Shown here: positions 37,301-51,658 of the stretch, in pieces
Layout: each line of letters begins with the position of its first letter
How positions within the stretch are numbered: position 1 is the first letter of the stretch
NCBI RefSeq assembly: GCF_001194135.2
Contig: NC_069004.1
Coordinates: 3,315,632-3,379,631 of the forward strand
Reading direction: 5' to 3'
Source: Octopus bimaculoides
Lineage: Eukaryota
Length of the DNA stretch: 64,000 nucleotides
The notes under the pieces: generated by a model
Seen by the model: the letters and a program-made list of their open reading frames with translations, nothing else
Databases searched by the model: none
Told to the model about the DNA's origin: nothing
Program-made: the position numbers and the translations under genes

Positions 37301-40300
37301 AAGAAATTTCCTTTTAATTTCTTAGCAACTTGTGGGCCTGCTTGATTCAAGTCAAGCTGGAGCTAAACAAGATGCCTACACTAGAAAATCTGAAACCAGT
37401 GTGCTTACCGTTTTCTCAAGGATTGCATAGCCAGCGTCAGCAGTTGCAGACTCACGTTCTTCAATCACCCGTTTCATAGGAATAACGGGACCAATGATAT
37501 TTACATTTGTCTTCTTAAAACCTTCTTTGATGGCTTCTTTTTGAGCGTTCAATGTTTTCGCCCACTTTTCCATGTCCTAGAAGAAAAAAAAAATAAATAA
37601 AACACCACTTGAAAAACAACAAAAGTTCCTATCTCTTTAAAATAGCAACATACTGGATCAAATTAGACTGTTATCTTAACTAACCCTTTAGCAGTCACAT
37701 TATTTTGAATTAATCATTATCTGGTACCTTCGAGATTTTACGATGTGACTGTATAGTTTTAGAATGACATTGTAGGATAGGTGTGAAAGGCCAGATATGG
37801 CTAGTGTGAGCATAAAAATAGAAATTTTTCAACCGGATGTGGCTGTTTTAAATGCTGAAGGGTTAAGGTAGTGTTCCCTAACTTTTTCCGTCTTAGAGAA
37901 CCCTTGAAGTATCAGGGAATGCCTGCATAAAAATGTATTACAAATAATTATTAATTTTTTCCTTTCTTGCTTATGAAGTTAAAATTTCATTAACAGGTCA
38001 AACAAATCATAAATCAGTTTCGGAAAGGGTTCTGCGTTATAGTAACGCCATCAGATACGACAAAGAGTCGCTTGTAATTATACTATACACAATTATGATT
38101 AATAAAACAAACCGACCAATAGTTTTCTCTCTGTTCCAAATTTACTGGTGTTAAGTTGCACTATTTTATACTAGATTTTAAATGAAACCACCCCACTAAA
38201 AAGAAAAAAAAAAAAAAAAAAAAAAAAAACTGGGGTGTGACANNNNNNNNNNGTGGACTTTGGGCTCAAAGTACCTTTGCAATTTTTTTGGCAATCTTCA
38301 CTTTTTCTTTCTTGTCTTCCTTCTTTTTGCCTCTGTTGTCTCCATCTTTGTCATCACATTGCTGACCGCCAGCCCCAGTTGGAGCAGGTAGGTAAGTGGA
38401 TTTCTCAGCATCCCAGTACAAAAATTGGCACGTGGAAGCATTGTAATAATACTGAAAATAGATAATAAACAAGAAACACATTATTATTGCCGTTGTCATT
38501 GTATTACCTCCGCCTTAGCGAAGCCACATTCTGAGTATAGATTTTGTCGAGGTCAACTTTGTCATTCATCCCTTAGAAGGTTTGAGAAGTAACCAATTGA
38601 ATACTGGGAATAATAAAGCCCGGCATTTGATTGGTTACTTTATCTAAAGCAGCCTTGATGTGAATGGAATCATAGCAGAAGGATGATGAAGACGATGATG
38701 ATGATGATGATGATAAGAGTTATTTAAACACAGCTAAGCTTATTTCATTAGAAGTGCAGTCATAAACAGAAAACAAAAGGGAGCAGCAAAGTATTTAAAA
38801 GTGTGTCTTACTTGAGAGTTGGCATCGTAGTAGAGTCCAGTGGAAGGATCATAGTAATATCCAGAGCTGTCGTCGTATTGATAGGTACAAACATCAGGCG
38901 ATGCTGTAAAGAAAACGGATAACAATATACAGAGGGGGAGCATTCATCTTTACACTGACAATTTACTGAATGTACACACACACACACTCGAATATAAAAC
39001 ATCATCATCATTTTAATGTCCAGTTTTCCATGTCGGCATGGGTCAGATGGAGTTAACTGATGCAGATTTTCTATGGCTGGACGCCCTTCCTGTCACCAAC
39101 CCTTGCCTGTTCCCAAGGGAGGTAATATTTCCCCAATGGCCAGACATGATTTGCAGATGATCAGAAATAAACGACACTGCTTGTATGAGAGTCACATTCA
39201 TTTACAACTATCCAGCAAAGTCAAGGACAAGGAGACACACAGACACATGATGAGGTTCCAAACAGTATTCAATCAATCAAATTTAATCGCAAAGCACTGA
39301 TAGGCCTGGGGGGCTATAGCAGAAGACACTTGCCCAATGTACCATGCAATGGAACTGAACCCGAAACCATGTGGTTGCAAAGTGAGCTTTATAATCACAC
39401 AGCCATGACTGTGCCTGACGTTATGTTCTGAGTTCAAATTCAGCCGAGGTCGACTTTGCCTTTCATCCTTTCGGGGTCGATTAAATAAGTACCAGTTATG
39501 CACTGGAGTCAATGTAATCAACTTAATCCCTTTGTCTGTCCTTGTTTGTCCCGTCTATGTTTAGCCCCTTGTGGGCAATAAAGAAATAAATATATATACA
39601 CATACACACACACATATGAGGGGGTGTTGAAAAGTTCCTGGCTTTAAGGGTATCGCAAAAGGCCTGGTTAGAAGTTCAGCCTTCCAAGTTCTTTTTTTAC
39701 AGGGCTTAGAAAAAAACTGAAGGACTGCTGCAATAAGTGTGTGAATCTGAGAGGGGAATATGTTGAATAAAATCATAATTAACCGATCGTCCTGTATTTT
39801 CTTTTACCCAAAACCAGGAACTTGTCACCCGCCCCCCTCGTGTTTACACACACAAACTTATATGAATGAAAAATATTTGACAGAAAAATGTTAGGAAGTT
39901 CAAAAATTTACATGAGAATTCTTACAATATACTGGTTGTAGGTTTATTGGGAATAAGGAGGAGTTAGATAAGATAGAACAGAGACAGAATTTGAGAGAGA
40001 GAAGGGAGTAAAAAAAAACATGAGCTGTGTAGAACTTTAGAAACTTACGATATTTGGGGTACTCGTCATTGACTGGCATTCCTGTTGGCGTCTGAAAGGC
40101 AGGTTGTGAACTCTGTAGTACAGGCAGTTTGGAAACGGTTGGCGAGCCTTTATGTGTAGAACTATCAGTGATTGTGCTGCCGTCTGCATTCACATCGACA
40201 GTGGTGGGTGCGCCGACTGTTACGGCGGCTGCCGTGGCTGCGGTTCCAGCTGCTGATAGCGCCTGGGAAGACTGTGAAGATGGAGAAAGATTTTTTTGTT

Positions 40301-41391
40301 GTGACCAATTCTGAGCCAGATGGGCCAAACGCTGCTCGGGAGACATTTCAGCCAATTTCTGTTGTTCTTGCACCTTGAAAACGACAAGCTGACCATTACA
40401 AACCATTGGTAAATGGCCAATGAGAGGCACAAGTTGACCTCGAAATTAAAATCTTGCTGAAGTCAACTCTACCTTTCATTATTTTGGGAGGGTGTTGATA
40501 AAATAAAGTACCAGTCAAGTACTGGGGTCTGGTTTAATCAACTAGCCCTTCCCCACAAAATTTGTGGCCTTGCATCTAAGCTAAAAGTACCAGTAACATG
40601 TTAGGGACAATACAATTGTTTTGTAGCCTTCACCTTAAATGAGTGGCATTGTGTCGAGGATTGGCAGAATGGTGGAGCAACGAACAAAAATACCTGGTGG
40701 TATCTAGTTACAGCTATTTTTTATCTTGAGTTCAAATCTAGCCATGGTCAACTTTGCTTACCATTCTTCTGAGTTTGATGAAATAAAGAAGCAGTCGATT
40801 ATTAATTAGACTAATTCAATCAATCACACTGCACTGAGATCAAGTACCAATATTTATTATCAATCATATCCAGAAACCACTCCTTGCCTTCAAGTGGAAT
40901 CATAATTTCCATCCATCCACACAACCGTGTAGTGTGTCTGTCACACACACCTCTTAGCCTTTTATTGGTTCCAGTAAAAGGACTTGTGGCCATATCGGGG
41001 TACTGCTTTCAGGGTTTATGTTCTAGTTGACCCAGTAACCCTAAAGTCTGGTACTCATTTTATTGACTGCAGTAGACAGAATGACAAAGTCAATCTGGGT
41101 GCAACACAGAAGGAACCACATATCATAAAATATTTTTTGTTCAACACACTGATTTTCCACTTCAATACACAGTCACATGCCTACACACATACACACACAT
41201 ATATGAGCTTCTTCCTCTTTCTGCTGCCAAATCCATCTAATCAGCTAGATATTATAGTAGAAGAAACTTGCCCAAGGTGCCGCTTGTGCCAATATATATA
41301 TAAAAGCAAGAATGGAACACAAGGGGGAACAAGTACTGCAAAATACTTCATCTAGTGTTCTAATAATCCTGCCAATTCAGAGCCTACATAC

Positions 41392-41433
<42 letters not shown>

Positions 41434-44400
41434 AAAATAAAAAATAATAATAAGGCAGAATGCTAAACTGGAAGCATATTTTAATNNNNNNNNNNNNNNN
41501 NNNNNNNNNNNNNNNNNNNNNNNNNNNNNNNNNNNNNNNNNNNNNNNNNNNNNNNNNNNNNNNNNNNNNNNNNNNNNNNNNNNNNNNNNNNNNNNNNNNN
41601 NNNNNNNNNNNNNNNNNNNNNNNNNNNNNNNNNNNNNNNNNNNNNNNNNNNNNNNNNNNNNNNNNNNNNNNNNNNNNNNNNNNNNNNNNNNNNNNNNNNN
41701 NNNNNNNNNNNNNNNNNNNNNNNNNNNNNNNNNNNNNNNNNNNNNNNNNNNNNNNNNNNNNNNNNNNNNNNNNNNNNNNNNNNNNNNNNNNNNNNNNNNN
41801 NNNNNNNNNNNNNNNNNNNNNNNNNNNNNNNNNNNNNNNNNNNNNNNNNNNNNNNNNNNNNNNNNNNNNNNNNNNNNNNNNNNNNNNNNNNNNNNNNNNN
41901 NNNNNNNNNNNNNNNNNNNNNNNNNNNNNNNNNNNNNNNNNNNNNNNNNNNNNNNNNNNNNNNNNNNNNNNNNNNNNNNNNNNNNNNNNNNNNNNNNNNG
42001 TATTGGTATAGTTATTTTTTTATATATTATTTTCTTCATTTTGTACTTCTTTGTAAAAAACATTTTCATTCTCCCTCTTCTTGAAAATTTGCTTCGCAAT
42101 AAAAGCCGGTTAGAGAAATCTTTATTAAAACATGCTTCCAGTTTAGCATTCTGCCTTATTATTATTTTTCATTTTCCTATTATTTCTCCACGTGCGGTTA
42201 ACAAAACCCCACTATTTACTGACTTATATATAGATATATATATACACATGCATGCACACACACACAGCATATACTCTTCTATAATATGAATAATTATTTT
42301 ATAGATAAATTCATTTATATACATACATACTTATATATGTAAACTCCCTTCCCAACAGGGTTGCCAGACTGGACTACAAATGGCAGATTAACACTTTTTT
42401 TTTTTAGGACCGTTATAAAAAGTTGAAGTCTTGTCTTAAGACTACAAAACCCATTATGATAGATCTCTGTGACACTGAAATGATTAATAGAAGAAACACT
42501 TGGCAGAACGGGATGCTCGTCCACTGCAATGTTACCACTCTCCGACCATTGCTGCTGCTTCGTGCTGAAGTGAATGCACTTAAAATAGCATACAATACGT
42601 GCTTCACTCAAAGTAGCATGCCACCAGGTTCAAATTAAGAAACTGATTGAATATCATAATTGTGCTGGGATGGTTTGACAGGATCCAATGCTCCAGAAGA
42701 CTGTCAAACACTAACATCTGCTTTGGCCTGGTCTCTGTGGCTGGACACCCTTCCTAACACCAGTATGACTGCCAAGTAATTTGCAAGACAAAGAGAAAAT
42801 AAGAAACCCATTCAAGTGAGTGGGATTATAGCAGAACTGGTTTTGTATTGGGAGTTGAGAAGCTAAAGCAGAGATACTCAACTATTTTTTACTTATGGGC
42901 CCCTTTGATCCCTATTTTACTCGGGCGGACCCATGTAGCTATTTGATATTTAAAAAGCTGTAGTATATTTTTAAATATTATTAGAAACTGCATTAAAAAA
43001 AAATTGTTAAAATATTTTGTGCAATGCAGAAGTATAACCAGTTTGTGGCAATTAATTTTAAAAACAAACCTTGGCCATATGAATCCCAGTTAAGAATCAC
43101 TGGGCTAAAATATGATAGGGACACTTTTTGGGATACTTTTTGAAAAATTTTCAAAGATTTCGGGGAAATAGATCTGGCAACCCTTTTTTTCCTAAAGTGC
43201 GAAAGAGACCATATTCCAAGTGCAAACTGTTTGCTTTACCTGTTTCTGATAATGTTTCTGGTACTGTTTAGCAGCTTGAGCTTGTTGGATGGCAGCCTGT
43301 GCTACAGCAGCTGCAGCGTTGGTGGAATCGGCTATTTGAAACACACAAGAAGAACAAGAAGAAATGAGCTTTAACACCAACTTCAGAAACCTCAGACAAA
43401 AACACAAGAACTCACATTTACAGCAATTACGATATTTAACGAAGCTAGTGATTTATTTATCATCATTGTTTTTAACATCCACTTTTGCATGCTTGCACTG
43501 GCCAGACAGCGTTTATTGGGGCAAATATTCTACAGCTGGATACTCTTGTTGTCACCAACCTTCACTTGTATCCAAGCAAGGTAATATTTCCCCTATGGCC
43601 AGACATGTTTTTGTAGAATATTGGAAACGAAGGCCATTCATTTACAACAATCAAATGATGTCAAGACAAAGAGATGCAAACATGCGCGCGCACACAAACA
43701 GATTTCTTTCAATTTGTCTGTCATATTCACTGAGAATGCTTTGGTCAGCTTGGGACTATAGTAAAAGACATTTGCCCAAGGTGCCGTGCAGTTGGATTGA
43801 ACCTGAAACTACATAGTTGAGAAACAAGCTTTTTAACTACACAGCCATGCCTATTATTCATCATCATCATTTAACGTCTGTCTTCCATGCTGGCATGAGT
43901 TGAGCAGTTTCACAGGAACTGGCAAGCCAGAGGACTGCACCCAGTTCCACTGTCAGTTTTGACATGGTTTTACAGCTGGATGCCCCTCCAAATGCCAACC
44001 ACTTTACAGAGTGGACCATCATTCACAAAATGCATAATACATACATACACACATACATATATATAAATATACAAAAATAGCAACCAATCCTGTAAGGACT
44101 ACTGTACCTAACATTAAGGGGATTAGAGATAGATAGGAAAAAGATAGAAATATAGAAAGGGGAGAGAGGGAGAGAAAGTTAAATTTTATTTAAGGAGAAA
44201 GATGGATAGCTAAAGAGAGAGAGAGAGAGAGAACATGGGAAGTAGATAATGATACCTTGATGGGTGTAATTTTGGTTGTAGTAACTGGAGTCATAACCTT
44301 GACCTTGGCCATAGTGAGGATTATTTTGGTCGTAGAATGTTGAATGTTCATAACCAGAAGGATTATAATAATAATCACCATGTTGCTGATCATAGTTCCA

Positions 44401-46595
44401 GGAACGCTGCTGAGAAAAACAATAAGAAAACCGACAAACATTCATTAGTAAACAATACTGACAGGAATCTATGGCTTCTTGGGCATTACTTAGCTACAAG
44501 ATCTACCCTAGATCTTTTATTTTCTAACTTTTTATGCAGTCGTCCTTGGGCTCCAAGAACTGCAGCATGAAAAAAAAAAGAAAGAAAGAAAACAGCTAAG
44601 CGGATATGATTTTTGGTTCATAATCATGTAGTTTTGGGTTTTATCTCACTGTGGCACCATAATCAAGGTGCCATTTAGTTCAGTTGGAATTACCTCTGTT
44701 CACACTGCAGTTGTCTTTTAACATCCAGTTTTGCAAGCTCCATAGCGGTTGGAGAGAATTTATCGAGGCAGATTTTATGTGGTTAAATGCCATATCTGTC
44801 ACCAAAGCCTTAACTGTTTCCGATCATGGTAAATATTTACCAAAGGCCAGACATCTTTTCACTGAAGATCGGAAATTAAGGATACTCATTCACAACCGTT
44901 ATGCAGTCAAAATAAGGAGACACACACAGCTGTGAATCTAACATGGCTCCAATGGAACAGAGCAGCAGCTAAATGCACACACCAGTTAAACAGACTGCAC
45001 ATGTAGCTGGACGGTCAACACAATCTGTTGCTATGCTTTAATACAATGACCTGGTTCATTGGATGCCATTAGTTAAATCCACACTGGTGCAAGCATTATG
45101 GACAGGTCTCTGGGTGGAGAATAACTCCATCCACATCCCGACTCCACCAGCCGAAGGGCCCTACAAAAAGATCAGGTGTGTCACCCTCTCTTCCCTAAGT
45201 CATAAGGCACAAAGAAACGGAAACAGACATACAAATACTTGCTTGCTTCATCACCAGTGACACATGACCTGATCAATAAGTACCCGGTCTGTTGTCATGG
45301 GAACGAAGCTAAACCAAACAGATTGATCTTGAACTCTGCGCACTAAGTTTTAACGAGCTAACTCACTTCTGCTGTTTACAGCAGTGCTTGGAAGGAATGT
45401 GTGTAGCGTGTGATCGTTGCATTGATCATGACAGAGAAAGCTGAGCAGAGGATCTGCATCAAATTTTGCCAAAAGCTTGGCGACGCCTGCTCAGGGGCCT
45501 ACGCAAAAAAGTTTTCATCGTTCTTGACACAATCAAAGAAATCTTGTGCATGGTCAGCTGAAAGCAGTTTTGGCACAAAACTTTGTCGTGGTCAACGCAA
45601 TGATTACACACTACACACCTTCCTTCCAAGCACTGCTGTAAACAGCGGAAGTGAACTAGAACGTTAAAACTTAGTGCACATGCACAGCAGAGGTCAAGGT
45701 CAATCTTTGCCAAGCGGCTTCACTCTGCGTGCTTTAGCTTTGTTACTATGGCAACAGTCCGGATACTTATTGATCAGACCTTGTATATGCATTTGGAATG
45801 GAAAACAGAGAGAGAGAGAGAGAGAGAGGAGCAGGAAAGAGAGAATGAGTAGTAGTTTAACAGATCATCAATTATGGTTTCCCACACCATCCGATCATAG
45901 TGAAATTACCTTACTCACCATTTGACCTCCCGTGTATGAGTTAGGTCGACTGTTTAGTGTTGCCATTCTATGGGAAGATAAAGAAGGAAAAAAGAAAAAA
46001 TGAAAAGAAAACCGACATTAGCAGAGCAGATAAGTTTGTGAGATTTATGAATTTTATGCAAACATATACGTTAATTAAAGGAGAGGAAGGGATTAGCATA
46101 ATCTGTAATCCCCCCACTGATGTGTCATGATCAAGTTTACATCCTTGGGTTAATTAGTTCACGGTAAAAAAAAAAAGGAAAAAAAAGAAAATTACAATAT
46201 ATATGTACACACACACACACCTTATACTTGTTTTAGTCACTGGACTGTAGCCATGCTGGAGCACCACCTTGAAGGATTGTCAAACAAACTGCACCCCACT
46301 TATGTCGATTCATTCAAGTAAAAATTCTTCAAGGCAGTGCTGCCCCAGCATGGCCACAGTCTAATGACTGAAACAAGTAAAACAAACGATATACATACAT
46401 ACATTCTTTTATTCTTTTACTTGTTGCAGCCATGCTGGAGCACCGCCTTTACTTGAGCAAATCGACCCCCAGGACCTATTCTTTGTAAGCCTAGTACTTA
46501 TTCTATCAGCCTCTTTTGCCGAACCGCTAAGTTATGGGGACATAAACACACCAACATGGGTTGTCAAGCGATGGTGTGTGTATGGGGAAATACAG

Positions 46596-46630
<35 letters not shown>

Positions 46631-48975
46631 CGACAGGCTTCTTTCAGTTTCCGTCTACCAAATCCATTCACAAGGCTTTGGTCGGCCCGAGGCTATAGTA
46701 GAAGACACTTGCCGAAGGTGCCATGCAGTGGGACTGAACCCGGAACCATGTGGTAGGGAAGCAAGCTACTTACCACACAGCCACTATAATACGTATGTGT
46801 GTGTGTGTGTGTGTGAGAGAGAGAAAAAAAGGGGGAGGGGTAGAGAAACCGCTACTTACACCGTGCTGAAGGTGTTCTTGGCAAATGCTACCAAGATTAG
46901 TTTGCCCTCCACTTCAAAAGGTGGGTTCATCTGGCGTAAATGCTCCAAGACTTGCGTAGACTCGAGGATGGAACCCATTTCGGCAAAACCATAGCCCTGT
47001 GACGTGTTCGTTAATTCATCACGGATGATCTTAATGTTTTTCAGTGTAAGCGACATTTGCTGGCTCAGTGCTTGCGACAACGTTTCTTCAGTGGTCAGGG
47101 CATCCAAACCACGGAATATCAAAGCTGTAATAAAATATTAAAAAAAAGAAATATAAAAAAAAAAAAGCAAAGAAGTAGAAAGACAATCTTTAACGCTAGA
47201 TATATATATATCACTCATGCCTGGTAGGATATATACTAACATCTCTCTGCACGAGGTTCAAATTTAACTTGGGCTCATTTCTGTCCTATAATTGGCATTA
47301 GGAAGGGCATCCAGCCGTAGAAACCACACCAAAACAAGACATGGAGCCTGAACAGCCCTTCAGCTGGTCAGCTTCTGTCAAACCGTCCAACACATGCCAG
47401 CATGGAAAACAAATGTAGGATGATGAGTTTCATCTGGACTCAATGAGACACATATAGTAGAATGTGTCTAATTTCCCAGATCTTTATGAAAGTTCGATTT
47501 TTAATTACAATCTTTAATTATAGGTTTGGCTGAGTGATAAGACATTTGCTGCCCAACTACTTGGTTTTGGGGTATGGTCCCACTACATGGCACCATGGGC
47601 AAGTGTCTTCTCCAAAAGCCCCAGGATGACCAAAGCCTTGTAAATAGATTTGGTAGATGGAAACTGAGAGCAGCTTATAGTATATATATGTGTGTGTTCC
47701 ACCTACTGCTTGATAACCAGTGCTGGTTTGTTTACTTTCTGTAACTTAAGACACTAATAGAACAAGAACCTGACTTGAAAAACAAAGGTACATCCTAATG
47801 TCCCGCCATCATACCTTCACATCCTTCAAAAAGTGGATTAATGTAGTAATCCGATCCCGGCACACTGTTGCTACTGTGAAGGGACCAAGACACTCCACCG
47901 GACGTACTGCGCACAGGTTGTGCAACACCGAATAGTAAAAACCGAAAGGACAAAAAAAAAAAAGGTTAAAAGGGAAACCTCAAACTTACTATTGCAAGGG
48001 TTTGTCCCAACTTGATCAAATCCATCTCCTTCTTTGGCTCGTTCTGATTCTGAAAAACCATATCAAGAAGCAATTATAAGCATATCACGAAGAACTAGAA
48101 ATTATCTAAAAGATAGATTCTAGAACAGAATCATATATTTGCAGTTCTATATACATATATTTATATTTTGTTTGAATAAATGCCAACTGCATTCTCTATT
48201 CTCTAAACGTTTGTATTTCCTTGTACGTAAGATGAAGTTTATAATTTGCTGATGAAGTCAGAATAAAACTGAAACATGTCTGGTGTTATTTGCCTGTACT
48301 TGCTGGAAAAATTACTAAAGCAAATCTAGAGCCACATTCCGATTAAGCAAAAGACTGAAATCTCAAGANNNNNNNNNNNGACCCCCAAAAGAGCATAAAA
48401 GAACAGGTAAAGGAGTGAGGGACCTTACCTTCTCGTGACACACTGCATTGGAAACAGAAATCCCTTCGTTTGAAATTGTGAGCTCCACACTGAAATGAAC
48501 AGAATTTTAAAAATATGAGTAACTATTTCCTAAAACATGCCGGGTGCTCTTATGTGGCACCAGCGAAAAAAAGATAAAGAAAAATAAAAGCCACAGGGCA
48601 CACCCCTTACTTACCTTCGTACAAACCCAGTCACACTTCTGTACTTTCTCAGGCCCCATTTTGGGCTGACTGTAGTGCATAGTGACATGGAACTGGTCCT
48701 GCAGGTAGAGCGACCCCTGGAAGCAAAAGAAGGAAGTCAGTATAAATGAAACGGAAACCATGTGATAGCAACACATCATCCATTTTGCCAATGCCATGAT
48801 CTAGGTTCGGGACACACATCAAGTATGTCTTTGGAAGCCTCAGGTCAACGTGACGTCTAGTAGTAGTAGAAGTAGTAGTAGGTAGTAGTAGTACTTAATA
48901 TCAATGTAGGTAGACAAAAGATACAAGTAACATATAAATATATATATATATATTTATCTATATATATATACACAC

Positions 48976-49008
<33 letters not shown>

Positions 49009-50644
49009 CATACATGTATATGTTTTCTCTGTCATTTTTTCTTTTTTTTTTTTTTTACTCTACAGAAGACAGTAAACATCTCTAAAGTAGAAATAAACAC
49101 AAAGATTTATGGTTAAAAAAAAATCTACCAAGAAAAAATGTACAATTGCTTTTTTTTTTTTTTTTTNNNNNNNNNNNNNNNNNNNNNNNNNNNNNNNNNN
49201 NNNNNNNNNNNNNNNNNNNNNNNNNNNNNNNNNNNNNNNNNNNNNNNNNNNNNNNNNNNNNNNNNNNNNNNNNNNNNNNNNNNNNNNNNNNNNNNNNNNN
49301 NNNNNNNNNNNNNNNNNNNNNNNNNNNNNNNNNNNNNNNNNNNNNNNNNNNNNNNNNNNNNNNNNNNNNNNNNNNNNNNNNNNNNNNNNNNNNNNNNNNN
49401 NNNNNNNNNNNNNNNNNNNNNNNNNNNNNNNNNNNNNNNNNNNNNNNNNNNNNNNNNNNNNNNNNNNNNNNNNNNNNNNNNNNNNNNNNNNNNNNNNNNN
49501 NNNNNNNNNNNNNNNNNNNNNNNNNNNNNNNNNNNNNNNNNNNNNNNNNNNNNNNNNNNNNNNNNNNNNNNNNNNNNNNNNNNNNNNNNNNNNNNNNNNN
49601 NNNNNNNNNNNNNNNNNNNNNNNNNNNNNNNNNNNNNNNNNNNNNNNNNNNNNNNNNNNNNNNNNNNNNNNNNNNNNNNNNNNNNNNNNNNNNNNNNNNN
49701 NNNNNNNNNNNNNNNNNNNNNNNNNNNNNNNNNNNNNNNNNNNNNNNNNNNNNNNNNNNNNGTGTATGTGTGTGGAGATGGATATTATTGTTGTGTATAT
49801 GTGTATATGCGTGTGAGTTATACTAGAAGTTTCAGAAGGATAGTAGTAGTAATAGTAGTAGTAAGAGAGCACTAAAAATAGCAGCTATCAACATCATCAT
49901 CATAGTTAATTAATAAATTAATTGGCAGGGTGATAAAAAGAAAAAAAAAAAAAAACTTTGGCAAGGGAAGACATTAAAATAAAAAAATATTAAAAAATGG
50001 AGCTGCAAAGCTGAGCTGAGGTGAGAAGTTGGATGGGGTTGGGGGGGAGCATGTTTTCAAAGAACGAAGAAAGAGATGACATACAGGAAATCATGTGCAA
50101 GTTCTGCTGGGAAGCCACGACACAATTTCGCTTTGCAAAGAACAAACATTTGGCTGCTCACTGCTATAGAATCCACATTAAATAAATTAGGATGGTTCGG
50201 AACAAAAATTCGGAACTAATTAAAAAAAAAAAAGGAATTCCTTGGAAACGGATTGTAGGAGGGACACACTAATGATTTTTATTATTACCTCTGCTTTAGC
50301 AAAGGTGTAGGTATTGTTTTCAGTTTGTTTGTTTGTCCGTGGACAAGATATCTCAAGAATCGCTGGATGGATTCAGATGAAACTTTCAACAATGTTTGGC
50401 TTCGTGACTGGCATGAACTGATTAGAGTTTGGGAGTGATCCAGTACTGGACAAGAATTCTGGATTATTTTTCCAGTTCTTTTACTTAATTTTTGAGAGCG
50501 ATCGGGTTCATTTTTAGTATTCTCATTTGTGAGAGCAGTCGAGTTTATTTCAGATATTCTCATTTTAAAAATCATCTCCAGCTAATCATTAAAAGGACGT
50601 TGGTGTTGCCTTGGCAGAGGTTTACGCTCTCTGAGTGCTCTTGT

Positions 50645-50696
<52 letters not shown>

Positions 50697-51612
50697 TTTT
50701 TTTCTTCTAGTGCTCATCTCAAACAGAGATGTCTTAAAAATGTACGNNNNNNNNNNNNNNNNNNNNNNNNNNNNNNNNNNNNNNNNNNNNNNNNNNNNNN
50801 NNNNNNNNNNNNNNNNNNNNNNNNNNNNNNNNNNNNNNNNNNNNNNNNNNNNNNNNNNNNNNNNNNNNNNNNNNNNNNNNNNNNNNNNNNNNNNNNNNNN
50901 NNNNNNNNNNNNNNNNNNNNNNNNNNNNNNNNNNNNNNNNNNNNNNNNNNNNNNNNNNNNNNNNNNNNNNNNNNNNNNNNNNNNNNNNNNNNNNNNNNNN
51001 NNNNNNNNNNNNNNNNNNNNNNNNNNNNNNNNNNNNNNNNNNNNNNNNNNNNNNNNNNNNNNNNNNNNNNNNNNNNNNNNNNNNNNNNNNNNNNNNNNNN
51101 NNNNNNNNNNNNNNNNNNNNNNNNNNNNNNNNNNNNNNNNNNNNNNNNNNNNNNNNNNNNNNNNNNNNNNNNNNNNNNNNNNNNNNNNNNNNNNNNNNNN
51201 NNNNNNNNNNNNNNNNNNNNNNNNNNNNNNNNNNNNNNNNNNNNNNNNNNNNNNNNNNNNNNNNNNNNNNNNNNNNNNNNNNNNNNNNNNNNNNNNNNNN
51301 NNNNNNNNNNNNNNNNNNNNNNNNNNNNNNNNNNNNNNNNNNNNNNNNNNNNNNNNNNNNNNNNNNNNNNNNNNNNNNNNNNNNNNNNNNNNNNNNNNNN
51401 NNNNNNNNNNNNNNNNNNNNNNNNNNNNNNNNNNNNNNNNNNNNNNNNNNNNNNNNNNNNNNNNNNNNNNNNNNNNNNNNNNNNNNNNNNNNNNNNNNNN
51501 NNNNNNNNNNNNNNNNNNNNNNNNNNNNNNNNNNNNNNNNNNNNNNNNNNNNNNNNNNNNNNNNNNNNNNNNNNNNNNNNNNNNNNNNNNNNNNNNNNNN
51601 NNNNNNNNNNNN

Positions 51613-51658
<46 letters not shown>

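Noticed and set aside
48248-48290. Hammerhead-like CTGATGA-AGT..ACT-GAAA motif
   Set aside because: Stem II is only 3 bp, stem III is weak and there is no stem I partner for the upstream strand.
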